Shown: one piece after another, positions 59,543-64,000 of the stretch
Layout: every line of letters begins with the position of its first letter
Position numbering within the stretch: position 1 is the stretch's first letter
From: Nitrosopumilus sp.
GTDB lineage: Archaea > Thermoproteota > Nitrososphaeria > Nitrososphaerales > Nitrosopumilaceae
NCBI GenBank assembly: GCA_965207075.1
Contig: CBDBLO010000002.1
Span: 832,001 to 896,000 of the forward strand
Length of the DNA: 64,000 bases
Direction: 5' to 3'
Notes under the pieces: generated by a model
The model's input: the letters and a program-made list of their open reading frames with translations, nothing else
Database searches by the model: none
What the model was told of the DNA's origin: nothing
Translations under genes and position numbers: made by a program

Positions 59543-60151
59543 CTATTCCTTTTTCTCGCTCTCTTCGGGTTTGGAGTCCGCCGCGGGCGCGGGCGCCGCT
59601 GCTGCCGCAGCAGCAGTAGCGCCGGTCGGGCTCTGAGGCGCCGCCGGGCCTCCGCCACCTGAACTCTTCTTTGCCGGGACAGCTGCCGCACCGCCGCCCT
59701 TTGCGACGCCTACCGCGCCGCCTCTCCTGCCGGAGGTCCTGGTGCGCTGGCCCCTGACCTTTAGGCCGCTCAGGTGCCTGTATCCCCTCCAGCTGGCGGT
59801 GATTCTCTCCCTCTCTATGTCGTTGCGGAGAGTAAACGGAATGTCGGACGTCAGCAGGTGCTTGTCCTGGCCCGTCTCCATGTCCTTTTGCCTGTTGAGA
59901 AACCACCTTGGAAAGCCGGCTCCCGCCGGATCCGCTATTGTCCTCTCTATGTCCTGGACGTTTGCATCCGTAATGTCGCCCACGTTCAGGTCGGGGCTTA
60001 TCTTTAGTGTGTCGAGAATGGCAGTCGCAAAGTTGTATCCTATTCCCTTGATCTGGGTCAGGCCGATGAGCAGCTTCTTCTCGCCCGGTATGTCGTTTCC
60101 TAGGATCCTTACTATGTGCCTGTATTCCTGGGTACTGGTGCTGCTGCTCAA
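59543..60151 (-). CDS. rps13: 30S ribosomal protein uS13 with Ala/Gly-rich tail
   Basis: [39 protein letters not shown]. Confidence 0.95.
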   Translation of the reverse strand: MSSSTSTQEYRHIVRILGNDIPGEKKLLIGLTQIKGIGYNFATAILDTLKISPDLNVGDITDANVQDIERTIADPAGAGFPRWFLNRQKDMETGQDKHLLTSDIPFTLRNDIERERITASWRGYRHLSGLKVRGQRTRTSGRRGGAVGVAKGGGAAAVPAKKSSGGGGPAAPQSPTGATAAAAAAAPAPAADSKPEESEKKE

Positions 60152-60252
60152 GTACGAAAAATGCGGAAAATCCCCGATAAAAACCATGCAAAGGCGCGCT
60201 TTGCGGCGCAGCCTCCGGGTTGGCAGTGGACGGGAGGGGTGGAGATAGGGAG

Positions 60253-60312
60253 GGATGGCGGGTGGATGGATGGCGGGTGGATGGATGGCGGGTGGATGGA
60301 TGGCGGGTGGAT
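60253..60312. repeat. 15-bp intergenic tandem repeat, four copies
   Basis: GGATGGCGGGTGGAT x4 upstream of rps13. Confidence 0.9.
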
Positions 60313-60395
60313 GATGGACGGAAGGCGGGCGGGTGGGAAAGGAAGGAAGGAAGGGCAGAAAAGTCGGATGGCGCCGGGCCGGGGCCGGCGCCTGC

Positions 60396-60548
60396 TCACC
60401 TGTAGTCCTCCGTGCTGGTCCAGTCCCTTCCGTGCACGTTCCACATGCCGCACCTGCAGCATTTCCTGACGCCCCTCTGCTGGTCTACCTCCTTGCAGTA
60501 ACAGTGCTCCCCTCTGCCTGACTTGTCCCCCCTGCACATGGGCTGCAT
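60396..60548 (-). CDS. 50-aa Cys-rich microprotein
   Basis: Own translation [50 protein letters not shown]; AT-rich promoter-like tract at 60560-60578. Confidence 0.55.
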   Translation of the reverse strand: MQPMCRGDKSGRGEHCYCKEVDQQRGVRKCCRCGMWNVHGRDWTSTEDYR

Positions 60549-60660
60549 GGTTATCTGACATGTATCTTGATTTTTAACCGCTTTGGAGCCCGAGTCCGCG
60601 TCCCCTGCAGCCGCCGCATGCGCGCCGAAGGATTATAACGGCACGCAGCGCCTGCCGCAT

Positions 60661-60975
60661 ATGGAGCCCGCATACGACAGGGACAGGGCAGTAGAGTGCA
60701 TGTTTGACCCTGCCGCGTCTGCAATGCTTGCGGAACTCGAGGACGGGGCCAAGACCTGCCGGCACCTTGCCGATGCATCGTCCTCCACCGAAGAGGACGT
60801 GCTGGCGCGGCTCGGATACCTCATAGAGTGCGGATTCGTCGTACGCGGCACGGACGACTCGGGACGCGTCACGCTGGAGGCCGACTCTGAAAAACTCTCT
60901 GAGCTGGTCGAGGACGGTGACGGTTTTGGTGCCGCGGTCGAGGGACTCGAGAAGATGGACAGTTATCTCAACTGA
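60661..60975 (+). CDS. Winged-helix-like hypothetical protein
   Basis: FDP...MLAELEDG.K....LA......E.V..RLGYLIECGFV pattern. Confidence 0.65.
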   Translation: MEPAYDRDRAVECMFDPAASAMLAELEDGAKTCRHLADASSSTEEDVLARLGYLIECGFVVRGTDDSGRVTLEADSEKLSELVEDGDGFGAAVEGLEKMDSYLN

Positions 60976-61522
60976 GACTTCTCCGCCTTCTAATGCTGGT
61001 GGCCCAGTATATGCCCAGTCCGGCCATTCCCATTATGCCTGCGAGCAGCACGTAGAACGGTATGAACGCCAGCGCCTTTGATGACGCGTCCGGCAGGGGG
61101 CCGATTGCCCCGAACGTGAGGACGCCGTCCTGCCCCGCGTTACGTATGACGAGGCTGTACGTGCCCTCCACCTCGGCGCCGAACCTGCCCTCGACGCTGC
61201 CCCCGGGCTCTTCGGCTATGCGTGAAACGGACGCAACTTCTGCACCGAGCGGGTCCAAGACCGTTGCCGACACCTCGCTTCCCTCCGGCGCGTCGAGCAC
61301 CTGTACTGCAAACACGCCCATCCGCTCTCCGCCGTCATCGTCACCGTCGTCATTATCATACCCCACCGCAAACTCGATCTCCAGCGGCGGCGTCGCCGCG
61401 CTTATCGTGCTGCTGCCCTGCACCACGTCCTCCAGCACCGCCTGCGTGCCGAGTGCCATCAGTACGAGCCCCAGCGCAACGGCCCCGCCGGAGCCTGCCA
61501 TTGCAACCGATATCTTATTCAC
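60968..61522 (-). CDS. Membrane protein with extracellular beta-sandwich (GOLD/emp24-like) between two TM helices
   Basis: TM - VLDPLG...EGTYSLVIRN - TM. Confidence 0.55.
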   Translation of the reverse strand: MNKISVAMAGSGGAVALGLVLMALGTQAVLEDVVQGSSTISAATPPLEIEFAVGYDNDDGDDDGGERMGVFAVQVLDAPEGSEVSATVLDPLGAEVASVSRIAEEPGGSVEGRFGAEVEGTYSLVIRNAGQDGVLTFGAIGPLPDASSKALAFIPFYVLLAGIMGMAGLGIYWATSIRRRRSLS

Positions 61523-61570
61523 GCTGCCTGTCTGGCATGTCGCCTTAAAAACCTGCACGAGGCCCAAAAG

Positions 61571-61603
61571 TTAGGCTGCATTAAAAAAATTAGCTCTGAT
61601 TAA
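61571..61603. promoter_or_regulatory. Two 14-bp imperfect palindromes upstream of the MCO/ZIP operon (putative DtxR-family operator)
   Basis: TTAGGCTGCATTAA (61571) and TTAGCTCTGATTAA (61590) abutting TATA-like TTTAAATA. Confidence 0.55.
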
Positions 61604-61633
61604 ATTTAAATAAACGTCACAGGCATATACGTC

Positions 61634-62830
61634 ATGGCAACTGGGAGCCCCCGGGCTGTAATACTGGCGCTGGCCGCGGCATCCGCCATTGCCGTGCTGT
61701 CCGCGTCGGCAATCTCTGACGTGTATACGGAGGCACAGCGGCCGCCGCAGACCTTTGTTACCCATACGGGCGCGGTAATCACGACCACCGGCGAGGTGCT
61801 TGATCCAGTATACCAGGTATCAGAGGTGGAGTTTGACCCCGACGAGTACCTGCGCAACTTTGAGTACGGACGCGTATCCGTGGACAGCGAGACGGGCCAG
61901 ACCGTACGCGAGTACGTCATAGTGGCCGAGGATGATCTCGTACAGGAGATTGCGCCCGGGGTGTTCTACAACGTGTGGACGTTTAACGGAACCGTGCCGG
62001 GCCCTACCATACGCGCCACGGAGGGCGATCTTGTGCGCATAACGTTCGTCAACAACGGCACAAAGCCGCACACGATGCACTTTCACGGGATACACCCGGC
62101 CATAATGGACGGGGTCTTTGAGCCCGTCGGGGGCGGGGGCGGACAGTTCACATACGAGTTTGAGGCGGCGCCCGTGGGCGTCCATCCGTACCACTGCCAC
62201 ATCATGCCGCTTGAGGAGCACATCATACACGGCCTGTACGGCGTGTTTATAGTGGACCCGAAGGAGGGCAGGGCCCCGGCAGACGAGATGGTCATGGTGC
62301 TCAACGGGTTTGACACGGACTTTGACGCGGAGAACAACTTTTACGCGGCCAATACCGTGCCGTTTTACTACCAGCACCACCCGATACAGATAGAGAGGGA
62401 CCAGCTGATACGCGTATACGTGGTCAACATGGTGGAATTTGACCCGATAAACAACCTCCACCTGCACGGGAACCTGTTCTACTACTATCCGACCGGGACG
62501 GACCGGGTTGCGTCGTTCTACACCGACATGATTACAATGTCGCAGACGGAGCGCGGCATAATGGAGTTCACGTACGAGCATACGGGCAAGTTCCTGTTCC
62601 ACGCGCACAAGGTCGAGTTCTCAGAGAAGGGATGGGTCGGGGTGTTTCTGGTCAAGGATCCGGGGCCTGGAGATGGCGGTGGTTATGACGGCGACAGCAG
62701 TGACGGGGACGCAGCCACCGGGGGATCCTCCGGCGCGGCCTGGGAACCGGCCCAGGACGCGACCGGTCCTGCCGCCGCCGCCGCCGCCGCTGCTGCACAT
62801 GACGGACGGGAGGCGCCCGATGGCGCATGA
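61634..62830 (+). CDS. Exported two-domain multicopper oxidase
   Basis: WTFNGTVPGPTIRA, HTMHFHG, YHCH..PLEEHIIHGL, NLHLHG, FHAH. Confidence 0.9.
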   Translation: MATGSPRAVILALAAASAIAVLSASAISDVYTEAQRPPQTFVTHTGAVITTTGEVLDPVYQVSEVEFDPDEYLRNFEYGRVSVDSETGQTVREYVIVAEDDLVQEIAPGVFYNVWTFNGTVPGPTIRATEGDLVRITFVNNGTKPHTMHFHGIHPAIMDGVFEPVGGGGGQFTYEFEAAPVGVHPYHCHIMPLEEHIIHGLYGVFIVDPKEGRAPADEMVMVLNGFDTDFDAENNFYAANTVPFYYQHHPIQIERDQLIRVYVVNMVEFDPINNLHLHGNLFYYYPTGTDRVASFYTDMITMSQTERGIMEFTYEHTGKFLFHAHKVEFSEKGWVGVFLVKDPGPGDGGGYDGDSSDGDAATGGSSGAAWEPAQDATGPAAAAAAAAAHDGREAPDGA

Positions 62831-64000
62831 GCAGGACCGCGGCCTGCCCGGGCGCGGAAGCAGCGCGGGGCGTTTCCGCGTCGTGGCAAGCGGGGCGGCT
62901 CCGCTGGCCCTCGTTGTTGTACTTGTGCTTTACGTGTCAGGCCCCGGCTCCACGATGCTCGAAGTCGGCGTGCCGCTGCCGGAAGTCACCATAGAGCGCG
63001 TGGACTTTGTCGGCTCGGAGATCCTTGCGACCGTGCGTAACACGGGCCCCATCCCCGTCTCCATAGCAGTGGCCGACGTCAACGATAGGATACACCCGGC
63101 CGCGGTGGAGCCCGATGCGTACCTTGAGAGGTACGAGACCGCGGTGGTGCGCATACCGTTTGACTGGAACGTGGCCGAGCCGTATACGATAGGCATCACC
63201 ACCGATGACGGGACGCGCTTTGAGCGGGAGGTCGAGTCGGCCGCCCCCGCCCTGAGGCCCTCCGGCGAGATGGCCGCCTTTTTTGCCGTGATAGGGACGT
63301 ACGTGGGGGTGATCCCGGTACTGATCGGGCTCCTGTGGCTGCCGTTCATGCGCCGTATGGGCAGGCAGGTCTACGTCTTCTTTCTGGCCGTGACTGTGGG
63401 GCTCCTGTTCTTTCTGGCGCTCGACTCGGTGGAGGAGGCGGTGGACGTGTCGCAGGAGAACCTCGCCGGCAGCTTTAACGGGCTGATGCTGCTTGCCACA
63501 TCAGTCGTGGTGTCGTTCCTGGGACTGTTCTATGCCGGCGAGAGGCTCTCTGGCAGTCGCGGTATTGGGGGCGGCGGCGGCCGTGTCAGGGAAGGGGACG
63601 GCCGCACCGGCGGCGGGGCCTCCCCGCGGCTTGCGGGCCCCGTGGCCATTGCCCTGATGATATCGATAGGAATCGGACTGCACAACTTTGGCGAGGGGCT
63701 TGCGATAGGGGCGGCCGTCGGACTGGGCTCTGTCGCGTTCAGCTCGTTTCTGATCGTGGGGTTTGCAATACACAACGTGACGGAGGGCGTGGCGATAGCC
63801 GCCCCGCTCTCAAGGGAGCGCGTCGCGGTCTGGAAGCTTGCGGGCCTGGGAGTGCTGGCGGGCGCCCCCGCCATATTTGGCGGATGGGTGGGGGGATTTG
63901 CGTATTCGCCCATCGCCTCAGTGGTATTTCTGGGCGTGGGAGCGGGGGCCATATTCCAGGTCATGGTGGTGCTTGTGAGGTGGATTGGCAGGGGCGACAG
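62820..64000 (+). CDS. ZIP-family divalent metal transporter with N-terminal extracellular domain (partial, runs off window)
   Basis: Own translation from ATG 62820 (MAHEQDRG...); GIGLHNFGEGLAIG and GFAIHNVTEG motifs; absent from ORF track because there is no stop in the window. Confidence 0.88.
   Translation, partial: MAHEQDRGLPGRGSSAGRFRVVASGAAPLALVVVLVLYVSGPGSTMLEVGVPLPEVTIERVDFVGSEILATVRNTGPIPVSIAVADVNDRIHPAAVEPDAYLERYETAVVRIPFDWNVAEPYTIGITTDDGTRFEREVESAAPALRPSGEMAAFFAVIGTYVGVIPVLIGLLWLPFMRRMGRQVYVFFLAVTVGLLFFLALDSVEEAVDVSQENLAGSFNGLMLLATSVVVSFLGLFYAGERLSGSRGIGGGGGRVREGDGRTGGGASPRLAGPVAIALMISIGIGLHNFGEGLAIGAAVGLGSVAFSSFLIVGFAIHNVTEGVAIAAPLSRERVAVWKLAGLGVLAGAPAIFGGWVGGFAYSPIASVVFLGVGAGAIFQVMVVLVRWIGRGD

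Noticed and set aside
60253-60312. CRISPR array
   Set aside because: Repeats are head-to-tail with no spacers and there are no cas genes
60396-60548. Ribosomal protein eL40 or another zinc-finger ribosomal protein
   Set aside because: Cys spacing and low basic content do not fit
61634-62830. Nitrite reductase NirK
   Set aside because: HxH motifs in all four positions and HCH indicate a trinuclear-site two-domain MCO

Overview
Archaeal chromosomal window, most consistent with an ammonia-oxidising Nitrososphaerota (Thaumarchaeota, Nitrosopumilaceae-like). The evidence is RpoE'/Spt4, Cdc48, EF-1beta, Pth2, TruD, uS4/uS13, a PEF-CTERM-type protein, a blue-copper protein and a two-domain multicopper oxidase next to a ZIP transporter. 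GC is unusually high for this group, and accessory secreted repeat proteins suggest an animal- or sponge-associated lineage (inference). Most of the window is core genes, including sufB-sufD-Rieske-sufS-sufU. Main observations: (1) a lower-GC, IS-scarred island (about 43.7-50.8 kb) carrying a roughly 1300-aa exported protein made of ten tandem single-Cache-like sensor domains with no signalling output domain and a recent 750-bp internal duplication; (2) a complete sixA-ppx-tmk-like-tmk-like-CHAD polyphosphate module, probably a heteromeric PPK3-type kinase; (3) a shared tandem TTAG-N7-TA(A/T) operator-like motif upstream of both the suf operon and the MCO/ZIP operon; (4) a secreted FG-GAP/integrin-alpha-like propeller; (5) pervasive low-complexity insertions and tails in otherwise conserved proteins. 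No rRNA, tRNA or CRISPR array was recognised. All calls come from reading motifs by eye, not from database searches.
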